Positions 14,001 to 25,320 of a DNA stretch of 57,420 nucleotides are shown here, one piece after another. The notes under the pieces were generated by a model. That model saw only the letters and a program-made list of their open reading frames with translations. It was not told where the DNA came from and ran no database searches. Origin of the DNA: Octopus sinensis (Eukaryota); NCBI RefSeq assembly GCF_006345805.1, contig NW_021835245.1, forward strand, positions 1 to 57,420. The letters are read 5' to 3'. Within the stretch, counting starts at the first letter, position 1. Each line of letters starts with the position of its first letter. A program made the translations under genes and the position numbers.

Positions 14001-14215
14001 AATGCAATTCAATAAAAACGCGACAGAAGTGTAACACCGCTTAAATGATTGAATTAAGCGCCATATTGGTTGTCATTTCAAGATGGCCGTCACGGTAGAT
14101 GTGGTTGTCCGCTTCCCTGTTTGTCGGTCTGTCTGTTTGTCTGTGTGTCGCATTTTAGAAGAATGGAGACATTTCATTCCTGATTACACAACTATGGAGA
14201 TCATTCAAAATGCGT

Positions 14216-14858
14216 ATTTGTGTGTGTGTGTATGGGTGTGTGTGTGTGTGCGTGCGTGTAAATGTGTGCTTGCGTGTGGTATATTACATATGTTGTATGT
14301 GTGTTTCTGTGTGTGTGTGTGTGTGTGTGTGCGTGTAAATGTGTGCTTGTGTGTGGCATACGTACATATGTGTGTTTCTGTGTGTGTGTGTGTGTGTGCG
14401 TGTAAATGTGTGCTTGTGTGTGGCATACGTACATATGTGTGTTTCTGTGTGTGTGTGTGTTGTGTGTGTGCGTGTAAATGTGTGCTTGTGTGTGGCATAC
14501 GTACATATGTGTGTTTCTCTGTGTGTGTGTGGTGTGTGTGCGTGCGTGTAAATGTGTGCTTGCGTGTGGTATATTACATATGTTGTATGTGTGTTTCTGT
14601 GTGTGTGTGTGTGTGTGTGTGCGTGTAAATGTGTGCTTGTGTGTGGCATACGTACATATGTGTGTTTCTGTGTGTGTGTGTGTGTGTGCGTGTAAATGTG
14701 TGCTTGTGTGTGGCATACGTACATATGTGTGTTTCTGTGTGTGTGTGTAAATGTGTGCTTGTGTGTGGCATACGTACATATGTGTGTTTCTGTGTGTGTG
14801 TGTGTGTGTGTGCGTGTAAATGTGTGCTTGTGTGTGGCATACGTACATATGTGTGTTT

Positions 14859-14896
<38 letters not shown>
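14216..14896. repeat. ~60-bp minisatellite built on (GT)n
   Basis: About 11 copies of gcgtgtaaatgtgtgcttgtgtgtggcatacgtacatatgtgtgtttct(gt)n, with an interspersed variant tgcgtgtggtatattacatatgttgtatg. Confidence 0.9.
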
Positions 14897-14900
<4 letters not shown>

Positions 14901-15299
14901 ATTTGTGTGTGCATTTGCGTGACTGTGTGTTATAGTATGTCTGTATGTGAAAACAGTTGTATCTGCGTGCGTGCGTGCGTGTTTGCACTGCGTGTGAACA
15001 TTTGCGAACTTTTATCATTTATATGTGTGTATGTGTGTTTGTATATTCGTACTTGTACGTGTGTTTGTTTGTTTGTATGTATGGGCACTACTGTGTATGT
15101 GTGTGTGCTTGTAGATGCTCAAGTGTGCTGTGTGTTAGTATCTTTCAACGCATTTTTTTGTTAATGTGTGCGTGTGTGTATGTGTATCTGTATGTGTGTG
15201 TGTATGTGCATGTGTCCTAGTGAGGCACAGTGTATTTATCTTTGTGTGCGTGTTTGCATATGACGATGTGTTTCGGTATGTGTGTATATCTGTTTGTAT

Positions 15300-15534
15300 A
15301 TCAGAGTGAATTCGAGTGTGCGTATGTATGTATGTATGTATGTATGTATGTATGTATGTATGTATGTATGTATGTATGTATGTATGTATGTGTACATGTA
15401 TGTATGTGTGTGTGTGTGCGTATGTATGTATGTATGTATGTATGTATGTATGTATGTATGTATGTATGTATGCATGCATGCATGTATGTATGTATGTATG
15501 TATGTATGTATGTATGTATGTATGCATGTATGTA

Positions 15535-15567
<33 letters not shown>

Positions 15568-15680
15568 ATGTATGTATATATGTATGTGTGTCTATATATG
15601 TATGTACGTATGTGTGTATATATGTCTGTACGTATGTATGAGTGCAAGTGTATGTATATTAATGTGTGTATGTGTGTGTG
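15300..15680. repeat. (TATG)n tetranucleotide microsatellite
   Basis: Direct reading. Confidence 0.9.
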
Positions 15681-16132
15681 TTGATCTTCCTCGTCAATTA
15701 TTCATAATGTTATACACAACGTTGTCGTTGTTATTCTCGTTGCTGTCGTATTGTTGTGTATTGCTTTTGTTATTATCGTTAATTATTGTTGTGTTGTTAA
15801 TCTTATTCCTGCTGATAAAATATATTGTTGTAATTGGTCTGAAATGTTCTTGGAAGCTCTAGTCTTCGTGTTAATAAAGGTGTGTTGTTTTGTATGATAC
15901 ACCCACACACAGACGCACAGATACAGATCGTTTTTATATTTGGCTTCCAATATTCTTTGATTTTTTATGTGAATTCGTGAGTTGAACATATTTTGTTGTG
16001 TCTTGGGAGAGTGATTACGCCAATAATAACACACGCACAGGCTCAGTTTCACTTCTTTATTATTAGCCAATTGATTAAATATCGAAATGTTTAACCAATT
16101 GACTAATAATAAAGAAGTGGAATTTGTCTGTG

Positions 16133-16163
<31 letters not shown>

Positions 16164-16167
<4 letters not shown>

Positions 16168-16330
16168 GACGGGCTTCTTTTAGTTTCTTTCTACCAAAAC
16201 CACTCTCAAGGCTTTGGATGGCCAAAGGCTATAGTAGAAGACACTTGCCCAAGGTGTCACGCAGTGGAACTGAACCCGGAACCATGTGGTTTGTAAGCAA
16301 GCTACTTACCACACAGCCACTCCTGCGCCT
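16164..16330 (-). mobile_element. tRNA-derived CORE-type SINE family B, head half
   Basis: Minus strand aggcgcaggagtggctgtgtggtaagtagcttgc...ggttccgggttcagttccactgcgtgacaccttgggcaagtgtc, with A/B-box-like motifs and a CORE-like ccttgggcaag. Confidence 0.85.
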
Positions 16331-16710
16331 ATATAGAATATACATTCCACTAAACCACGACCCCGACTTCGGCAAACAAGCCCAGTCTTACTTCTGATTG
16401 ATTAGAAGAATACATCTAGTGGAGTGGAAAACATTAAAGACGCTTAAGGCCAATAAGGTGGCATTAAACGGGATGATGGATTAACATACCATCCAAAAAT
16501 TAAGTGAATCTCCAAAAGTCCTTATTACACAGTTTCCTTCTACCAACTTCCACTCACGTGAATCTGCAGGCTGAAGATAGTTTGCTGTAATATATTACAC
16601 TGGAACTGAAACCGAAATTACATAATTGCCAAATGAAATTCTTTTAAATTGAGAACCATTCCTGCTATTGCTGCAGTTGCCGCCGCAGCCGCAGCCGTCG
16701 ACGCCATTAC

Positions 16711-16772
<62 letters not shown>

Positions 16773-17469
16773 TCTTGGTAGTATAAATAGCAAATTTTCA
16801 ATTGGAAATACCACCGCATGGACACGATATAGAGAGGGGTGGGGCTGACAATGATGATGATGACAACGACGTTGACTACAACTGCAACGATATTGATGAT
16901 GGTGGTGGTGATAGCGATGACATGAGAAGGAGGAGGAGGGACAGGAGGAGGAGGAGATGGTGGTGGTGGTATGGGAAGTTATGTGACAAACGTTCGTTCT
17001 TCATTGGGTTTGTGTGCATGGATGGGGGTGTACGTGTGTGTATGTGTGTGAGTGTATGTGTGTCTCTGTTCATTAGTGTGTGTGTGTGTGTGTCAATGTG
17101 CGAATGTATATCTATGTGTGTAAGAGAAATCCTATGTGCGTGTGTGTAAATGTCTCTGTGTCTCTGTGTATACGTACGCACTTGTGTGTGTGTGAGTGTA
17201 CATGGATGTTTGTGTGTATGTGTGAATACATGTGTGTATGTGTGTCTATAAGTGTGTATGCGTGTGTAGAAGTGTATGAGTAGATGTATAACTTTGAGTG
17301 TGAATCCATGTGTCTATATGTGTGAATATATGTGTGTGGATGTGGATTTGGGTGTGGGTGGATGTGGATGTGTGTGTATGGATATCTCTAAGTTTGAATG
17401 TGTGTATGTGTGTGCATGTATGCCTATGTGTGTGTACGTCTGGGTGTCTATTACTGTCACTCTGTGTGT

Positions 17470-17925
17470 GTGTGTATGTATGCATGCATGTATGCATCTG
17501 TGTGTGTGTATGAATGTGTTTCTATAAGTGTCAATGTGTGTGTGTATGCCTGTATGCATCTGTGTGTGTGTATGGATGCGCTTCTATAAGTGTCAATGTG
17601 TGTGTGTATGCATGTATGCATCTGTGTGTATGGATGTGCTTCTATCAGTGTCAATGTGTGTGTGTATGCATGTATGCATCTGTGTGTATGGATGTGCTTC
17701 TATCAGTGTCAATGTGTGTGTGTATGCATGTATGCATCTGTGTGTATGGATGTGCTTCTATCAGTGTCAATGTGTGGGTGTGGTATGCATGTATGCATCT
17801 GTGTGTATGGATGTGCTTCTATCAGTGTCAATGTGTGTGTGTATGCATGTATGCATCTGTGTGTATGGATGTGCTTCTATCAGTGTCAATGTGTGGGTGT
17901 GGTATGCATGTATGCATCTGCGTGT
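17470..17925. repeat. ~58-62-bp minisatellite
   Basis: About 7 copies of atgcatgtatgcatctgtgtgtatggatgtgcttctatcagtgtcaatgtgtg(tg)n. Confidence 0.9.
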
Positions 17926-18284
17926 GTGTATGCATGTACGTATATCTATGTGTGTGTATGAATGTGCACCTATGTGTCAATGTGTATGTGTCTTATTAAA
18001 ACAATAATTGAATTCAGCCATCAATCAATGACTTAACTTTTCCTTGTTTGTCTTTTTAACGTTGTTGTTCCTCTTCTTACTGTTGTTGTAGCAGTTGTTA
18101 CTGTTGTTGCTGTTGTAGTTGTTTTCATTTGGAGTGGTGCTATATTGCGCTTTGCTATGTTTGTATATTACGTTTGTTGCTGTTGTTGTTCTCGCTGCGT
18201 AATGTTTGTTGTTTTCGTTGTTGTTATTGTAGATTTCTGAAAACAATATAACGTGAACAGAAGAGCGTTGCTGAAAGACGTGTT

Positions 18285-18950
18285 TGCAGTGTGATGGTGG
18301 TGGTGGTGCTGGTAATGGTGATAGTGGTGCTAGGGATGGTGGTGGTCATGGTAGTGGTAGTGGTGGTGTTGATCGTAATGGTGACAGTGGTGCAGGGGAT
18401 GGTAATGGTGGTGGTTGTGGTAGTTGTGGTGGTGGTGATGGTGATCGTAATGGTGATAGTGGTTCTGGGGATGGTGGTGGTTGTGGTAGTGGTGGTGGTG
18501 GTGAAGGTGATGGTGATCGTAATGGTGATAGTGGTTCTGGGGATGGTGGTGGTTGTGGTAGTGGTGGTGGTGGTGGTGAAGGTGGTGGTGATCGTAATGG
18601 TGATAGTGGTGCTGGGGATGGTGGTGGTCATGGTAGTGGTGGTGGTGGTGGTGATGATCGTTATGATGACAGAGGTGCTGCGGATGGTGATGATGGTGGT
18701 GGTGATGATCGTAATGGTGACAGTGATGGTGGGGATAATGGTGGTGGTGGTGGGGGTGATATTGATATGGATGGTGCTGGCACCGGAGATGGTGGTAGTG
18801 CTGATAATGATTATAGTGGAGGTGATAGTTACTGAGGTGGTAGTGGTGGTGGTAGCGGCGAAAATGGTGGTGGTCATATTAGTGGTGGTGGTGGTGATGT
18901 TGGTAGTGGTGATAGTGATGGCGGAGATAGTGGTGGCGGTGATTCGTTCT
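18285..18950. repeat. GGT-rich block with ~60-bp higher-order unit
   Basis: Repeated ggtgatcgtaatggtgatagtggttctggggatggtggtggttgtggtagt units within a (GGT)n matrix. Confidence 0.85.
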
Positions 18951-20325
18951 TAGTGCTTGCTCATGGGCAGCACAGATTAGAGCTTCCATTTCGGATTTTA
19001 AATCACTTTTAATCATCCATATTTTTTTCTCTGTCTGTCTTATCTTCGACAACCCTATGGAATTGTCCATGCATCCTTTTCTTTACCCACCTATTTTCAG
19101 CTTCATTCGTTTTCAATTGCTTGTACAGTGCTTTATCTTTGCAATCTTTCATCCTATGCAAACCTGATCTTACATCTAATAATAGCGGTTCTGTGGCATT
19201 TTTACATACCATGCTATGCTGTTTTCTTCTGCTCTATTGCTGTGTTCACATCCAATAAGTCCTCTTCCCCCTCTTTTTCTTGGTACATATAGTCTGTCTG
19301 TGTCACTTTTTGGGTGGAGTGTCCCATATCTAGTTAGCATCTTCCTTTTCTTTCCGTCTAAGCTGTTTAGTTCGTCTACTGTCCATGCGATTACCCTGCT
19401 CCATACCTAAAGAGAGAAACCGCCCAGGGGTGTTGATAGCTTCAATCTTAATCCGTCCGTTTAATTTCGAATTAAGGATCAGTGTCAGTCTGCGCAAGTA
19501 CTCCACCTTAAATTTTTCTGTCATTTCTTTCTCCATCAATTTATCCATTTCCAAAATCCCCAAGTACGTATAGCCCGTCTCTTCTATCTGCTTCGTAATC
19601 TCCCACGACGGTATCGTTAGCCCGTCCATGCATTTGATTTTACCACTCTTCAAAACTAACACACTACACTTTCTCAGTCCGAACTCCAATCTGATACCAG
19701 CACTGAAGGAATACACCGTATCAACGAAGGAACTGACTTGGGCTTCATCTTTACCATAAAGTTTGAAGCCATCAATGAATAACAAATGGTTGACATTTTG
19801 TTGGCGGCTTTTGAATACATACTCAGATTTTGCTTTCCTCAGAATCAGTGTCAGTGGTATGAAGCACAATACAAAGATCAGTGGGGACAAGCAGTCCCTT
19901 TGGAAGACGTTCATCCTGATTTCTACTGTCCGTAAACTTCTTCCGTATGTTGCCAGGTCCGTCCTCCAATACTTTTTCCAAACAATCGCTCAACACTCGA
20001 TGCAATACCAAAAACGTTCATACATTCCATAATCCAAGAATGTGGGATCATATCGTACGCCTTACGATAGTCGATCCATGACATGGTAAGTTATTTTTCC
20101 TCCTCTTGCAGTCTCAAACACAGTTTTGTCCATCAAGAGTTGATCCTTGGTACCTCTGCACTTACGATTACAACCTGTCTGCTCATGTGGCAGGACTCCA
20201 TTTTTTTCCGAATGTTCATCCATTGACCCTGCAAGTATTGACTCTGCGAGTATTCCAGTCAATAAATTCCATGAGTGGCACACAAGAAATCGGCTTGTAA
20301 TTGGCTACCGTATTGCCTTTTTCGA
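18950..20325 (-). mobile_element. R4/Dong-clade LINE reverse transcriptase fragment (pseudogenised)
   Basis: NYKPISC..LLTGIL..EQTGCNRKCRGTKDQLLMDK..WIDYRKAYDMIPHSWI..FQRDCLSPLIFVLCFIPL..NHLLFIDGFKLY (degenerate YMDD)..EFGLRKC..YTYLGILE..KRMHGQF..ALICAAHEQALRT. Contains stops and frameshifts and is preceded at its 5' break by (AAT)n. Confidence 0.92.
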
Positions 20326-20326
20326 T

Positions 20327-20362
<36 letters not shown>

Positions 20363-20398
20363 TATTATTATTATTATTATTACTATTATTATTATTAT

Positions 20399-20600
20399 TG
20401 AGTGAGAGAGCAGTGCATGCCATCAAAGTGACACTGGGGTAAAATATACGAAGCCCAGTAAACCCATCATGACTACCCGTCTGATAAGGGTACACTAGGC
20501 ACATGCATCGCAACCATATGTGCGCGACATAGTGATCTCATATCAAGATAAACAGCCATGAGAAGCCATGAGAGCCACTGTCTTGTACTACATCACGGCA
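20399..20600 (-). mobile_element. Internally deleted copy of the ~560-bp element
   Basis: Both ends retained; the middle ~350 bp is missing at a junction with the duplicated motif agccatgagaagccatgagagcc. Confidence 0.8.
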
Positions 20601-20606
20601 TTTCTT

Positions 20607-20695
<89 letters not shown>

Positions 20696-20714
20696 CATTA
20701 TTATTATTATTATT

Positions 20715-21830
20715 ATTTTATGATGCCGAGTCTCCTCAAATATCAAGAATCTTTCTTAACGATTCCTGCGTGTATTTCTTATTCCTCTGGTTCTTGGTCA
20801 TATCACTTTCCTATTATTTCGAAGTCACACACTCAGCTAACATACCAATGCTCCCTTTTACCTACACAATCATGCCTGCACCTGCACTTATACTCTTCTT
20901 GCGCTAGCTTACTGCATTCACTCAAGAAATGATTAACACTTTCGTCTCTTCCCGCCAGATTCTGCGTTTGATCTCCGAGTTTTGTCGACTTTTGTGTTCG
21001 ACCTTTCGTTTCAGGTTTCCGTCTGTTGGTCAGTTCTTTATTTCCGACAACCTCATTTTCTTGTATTTATTGGCCTTGGAATTCCATCCACTTGTTCTGT
21101 TGTTCCTGACTTTTCCTACTGTTTCTTTAAAGTTTTGGATATCTCTAGCCACCTTACGTATTTTCTCTTCACTACGTACAACATCGCAGTTCTAACGGTG
21201 TCTTCTGCATTTAGCAATCCTCGTCTCCTTACTTTCTTGGTATGCAGAACCTGTCGGTATTACTTTTGGGATGATGTGCGTTGAGCGCTATGAGAGCTTT
21301 CTAGTCCTTTCATCAAAGTTCTGTAATTCGATCTTTGTCCATTTTAGAAAGAGAGCAAATTATTTTAATACTAGTATAACCCACGTATTTATTACTTTAT
21401 TGCTCGCACTTCGCCTTTCAATTTAGATTCGAGCAACTTCCTAATTCTTGTACTCTTTGGAGATTTTGTCTTTCACTTCTATTTCTCTATCGTCTTACAG
21501 TACCGTTTAGTTATTTGTAACTCCAATTATTCCGCAGGAACATAATGAAATTGCCTTGTAGTAATTTTATGCTGGCAGACCTTATCTTCCAGCCCCTCTT
21601 CATAATTAGCACTACTATCTTATTTATCCCAAACGGCATTACAGCATCATTGCAGAATACTCTTACTCTTTGGGTCAGAGAATCCAGATCTATTTCACTT
21701 TTTGTATAGAACTTGACGTCACCCGCATAAAGCACGTGACTAGTTTCATCTTGGTATTTTATAAACTCATGGGCAGGCCTGGGTCTTCTCAGTATACTTA
21801 ACAAAAGTATTAACACAATTGCGAAGAATA
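20715..21830 (-). mobile_element. Second R4/Dong-clade LINE fragment (older, heavily decayed), ending in (AAT)n
   Basis: SHVLYAGDVKFYTKSEIDLDSLTQRVRVFCND..MPFGINK.. (RT domains 5-6), KLLESKLKG..IKVINTWV and an RLE-like end ..LRRLGI followed by an AAT tract. Confidence 0.7.
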
Positions 21831-21984
21831 ATAGAAGGAAAGTTTCCTTGGCTCATACCACTGCGTATTTTCACGTTTCCTAACGATTCATTTGTGCATG
21901 TTTGTTCTAATTGGTAAGGAGCTGATGTCAGTTAACCCGAAGAGAAGCGCAGTCACATATTTTCAATTGGCACCGTGGAAGATA

Positions 21985-22382
21985 CTCTTTTACTTGCTTC
22001 AGTCATTTGACTGTGGCCATGCTGGAGCACTGCCTTTTGTCGAGCAAATCGACCCCAGGACTTATTCTCTGTAAGTCTAGTACTTATTCTATCGGCCTCT
22101 TTTGCCGAAACGTTAAGTTACGGGGACATAACACAACAGCATCAGTTGTCAAGCAATGTTGTGGGGACAAACCAGACACGCAAACGTATACACACACATA
22201 TATATATATACATATATACGACGTGCTTCTTTCAGTTTCCGCTTACCAAATCCACTCACAAGGCTTTGATCGGCCCGAAGCTATAGTAGAAGACACTCGC
22301 CCAAGGTGCCACGCTGTGGGATTGAACCCGGAACTATGTGGTTGGTAGGCAAGCTACTTACCACAGAGACACTCCTACGCCT
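21985..22382 (-). mobile_element. SINE family B, full length
   Basis: Head at 22382, internal (TA/CA)n, tail ending ...gctccagcatggccacagtcaaatgactgaagcaagtaaaaga. Confidence 0.85.
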
Positions 22383-22791
22383 ATGTACATTAATTTTCAA
22401 CATGTTTTATTTTTCAAAAATGAAAGGCGTTTTCCATGCCCTAAAATACGGTAATAAATACATCTACTCACACTACCCTAAATAATGGTTTTAATGTCAG
22501 ATAATATTTGTACCATGAAAAAATATATCTTTCATATACTTTACGAATTTTACATTACGATAACACACACACACATACAAGGATACATACACACACATAC
22601 ATACATACGTATGTATAGGTGCATATAAGTCGAAATACATTAAGGATCTACCTAAGATTTGTACTCTACATACATTTACTAGGATCTATTTGTTGGAAAT
22701 TTAATCTTATTCCTTTATACTGAGTGCTTACTTGATATCTGGCAGGATTTTTTAATCCCATTTTCTCTCTCCCTCACCCCCTTAATCTCTT

Positions 22792-22858
<67 letters not shown>

Positions 22859-23011
22859 TATGTGTGTGTGTGTATACATACATACACACATTACATATCT
22901 ATAAACATACATGTGCACACAAATATAAAATGAAAACTTAACAATAGTTTTCTCCTGGAAAAGTCATTGACTCGGGAAAACAAAATAATTCTGACTTCAC
23001 TTTATATTTTT

Positions 23012-23895
23012 ATATAAACAGTAACTGCTCGACAACGTAAGGGGTATCAGCCATCTGAATGTGGCTAGGCACGGGGGGGGGGGGTTACTGATGCTTTTAG
23101 CCCCAAGCGATCAACGTCACCAGAAGGACTTTAGACACTATCTCAGCGTCCTTGTTTGCTTGTAAAGGGAGGTCATTCTCCCTCGAAGATCCGGGTACTA
23201 CATACGGACTAGTTTCGAGGTCATAGCCTCTTGTCAACGCATGGTAAGTACCGGTCTTCGATGAAGGATTCCCTTTACAAACAATATATAATATTTTTCA
23301 CAGTAACCACTGTCACTGATGTAAAAAAACTGTCTGAAAACAATAATAAATCTCTGAACGAGATATAAACAGTAACTGCTCGACAACGTAAGGGGTATCA
23401 GCCATCTGAATGTGGCTAGGCACTGGGGGTGGTGGTGGTGGGGTGTTACTGATGCTTTTAGCCCCAGGCGATCAACGTCACTAGAAGGACTTTAGACACT
23501 ATCTCAGTGTCCTTGTTTGTTTGTAAAGGGAGGTCATCCTCCCTCGAAGATCCGGCAATAACCTCGAAACTAGTCCGTATGTAGTACCCGGATCTTCGAG
23601 GGAGGATGACCTCCCTTTACAAACAAACAATGACACTGAGATAGTGTCTAAAGTCCTTCTGGTGACGTTGATCGCCTGGGGCTAAAAGCATCAGTAACAC
23701 CCCCACCCCCCAGTGCCTAGCCACATTTAGATGGCTGATACCGCTTACGTTGTCGAGCAGTTACTGTTTATATCTCGTTCAGAGATTTATTATTGTTTTC
23801 AGACAGTTTTTCTACATCAGTGACAGTGGTTACTGTGAAAAACATTATATATTGTTTGTAAAGGGAATCCTTCATCGAAGACCGGTGCTTACCAT
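23012..23895. mobile_element. Penelope-like pseudo-LTR / retrozyme-type element: ~350-bp unit, direct repeat plus inverted copy
   Basis: Sequence from 23012 recurs at 23363 (period about 351 bp) up to 23555. After a 6-nt spacer, 23562-23895 is a reverse-complement copy of nearly one whole unit. No ORF; contains a hammerhead. Confidence 0.75.
23201..23243 (-). ncRNA. Minimal type I hammerhead ribozyme (U3-A8 core variant)
   Basis: Minus strand: CAUGCG (stem I) UUGACAA (core 3-9) GAGG-cuauga-CCUC (stem II) GAA AC-ua-GU C|CGUAUG (stem III, GUC cleavage triplet, stem I). Predicted cut between 23207 and 23206. Stem I is extended by GGUACU/AGUACC, CCGG/CCGG and UCGAAGA/UCUUCGA pairings. Confidence 0.85.
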
Positions 23896-23918
23896 ATATA
23901 TATATATTTACGTAAAGC

Positions 23919-23954
<36 letters not shown>

Positions 23955-24569
23955 ATATGCATATATTTATATGCAATACAAAGTAAAAATAAAGCTTTGA
24001 CTAATAACCTGTAAAAATTGAGTTGAAAAAGCCTTTTGGTTACGTATGCATGTATATTAATAGCACCTATTCTCTGAAGTTCTAGATTTGATGCGCATAT
24101 AATCGATTGGCTACTTGCCTGTGAGGGACTGGTAAAATGTGCAGACATCTTAGGGACCCCAATAAGGGTCGAAAATCGATTAAGTCTGTTCATAATTTTT
24201 ATTTTTTGTCAATCTACGGGGAAATAATTAAATTTAACATGATTATATGTCGACAACACAGATTTACAAATACATTTTTTTTAATATACAGATTCACACA
24301 TGCAATGTCATGCCTGCGTGCATACATATATACATGGATAATTTCATATCTTTACATTATACGTATATATTTACAAATATACGTAGATACCTGCATGACT
24401 ACCATAAAAAATTCGCAACGTCAGATCTAAAACATAAAACCTCAGAGCTCATTTGATTTTTAACAGCACCCCTAACTTCTGGCTCCACCCTAACAAATTT
24501 CTGTGTGATAATTGACCTTTGGGTATTTCGAGAATGTGTCTTTATATCGTTGTTATGTCCCTATTGCAA

Positions 24570-24790
24570 CCCTTTCGTTACCGTATTTATTTTGAGATGC
24601 TCTGTGTTTCTTTTAATTTATTTTAAATATAACAAAGAATTTAGTAAAATAACTTCGTTATCATTCAGCTAGTGTTAGGAACATAAATTGTGACTAAGAT
24701 TTGGTGGAAGATTTTAATTCAAAACTTATGAAAACAAGGCATTTGTACTACAGAGCCAGATCCGGTTTTAGCCAGGCTGGTATCAAAAGG
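24570..24790. mobile_element. Short MITE-like element with degenerate terminal inverted repeats
   Basis: cctttcgttacc at the left versus ggtatcaaaagg at the right (10/12 match as inverted repeat); no TSD confirmed. Confidence 0.4.
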
Positions 24791-24799
24791 CGGACATTT

Positions 24800-25320
24800 C
24801 TCCATTGCGTCAAGGAGATTAAGAAGAAATGAAAGTTGTATTAACTGCTGCATGGTGTACGTGGTTAATGACGACAACAAATAGGTTATTAATGGACAGG
24901 AAAAATGACATGGGAGAAAACATAGCGAAATTTGAGGTACTCTTGAAATGAACGTAAATCGGGAACGGTTTAATGAGCATCTTTCGCTGGCAAATAAATG
25001 GATAAAACTTATAAAAAGGCGAAGTTAGTTGAAATACATTCATGGATATAGTTCCTGACTTTCCGTTCGGTGAAGTTCTGAAGAACTGAAGACGATTGTA
25101 GAGTGATGTAGCGAGAGAAAAATATAAGAATCTAATTGTTTGGAGCAGTAGTTGTCTTTATTTAGAAAGTGATGTATGCATGTGTGTGTGTGTATGGCGG
25201 GGAGTTGCGTAAGATTGTATACGTCATCTTTGAAAGGATAAGATTGAAGAAAATTTGATGTTTGTTGGTAAGAACGGGGGGATTTCCCGATTCTGGGATT
25301 TGGTAGCATCTCATCACAGA
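24800..25320 (-). mobile_element. Highly decayed CR1/Jockey-group LINE RT remnant
   Basis: SPMSFFLSINNLFVVVINHVHHAAVNTTFISS resembles the RT domain 4-5 pattern 'SPTLFLLFINDL....HSYADDSTL'; catalytic residues are lost. Confidence 0.45.

Noticed and set aside
14216-14896. CRISPR-like repeat/spacer array
   Set aside because: Eukaryotic context, no unique spacers and no cas genes; it is a simple minisatellite.
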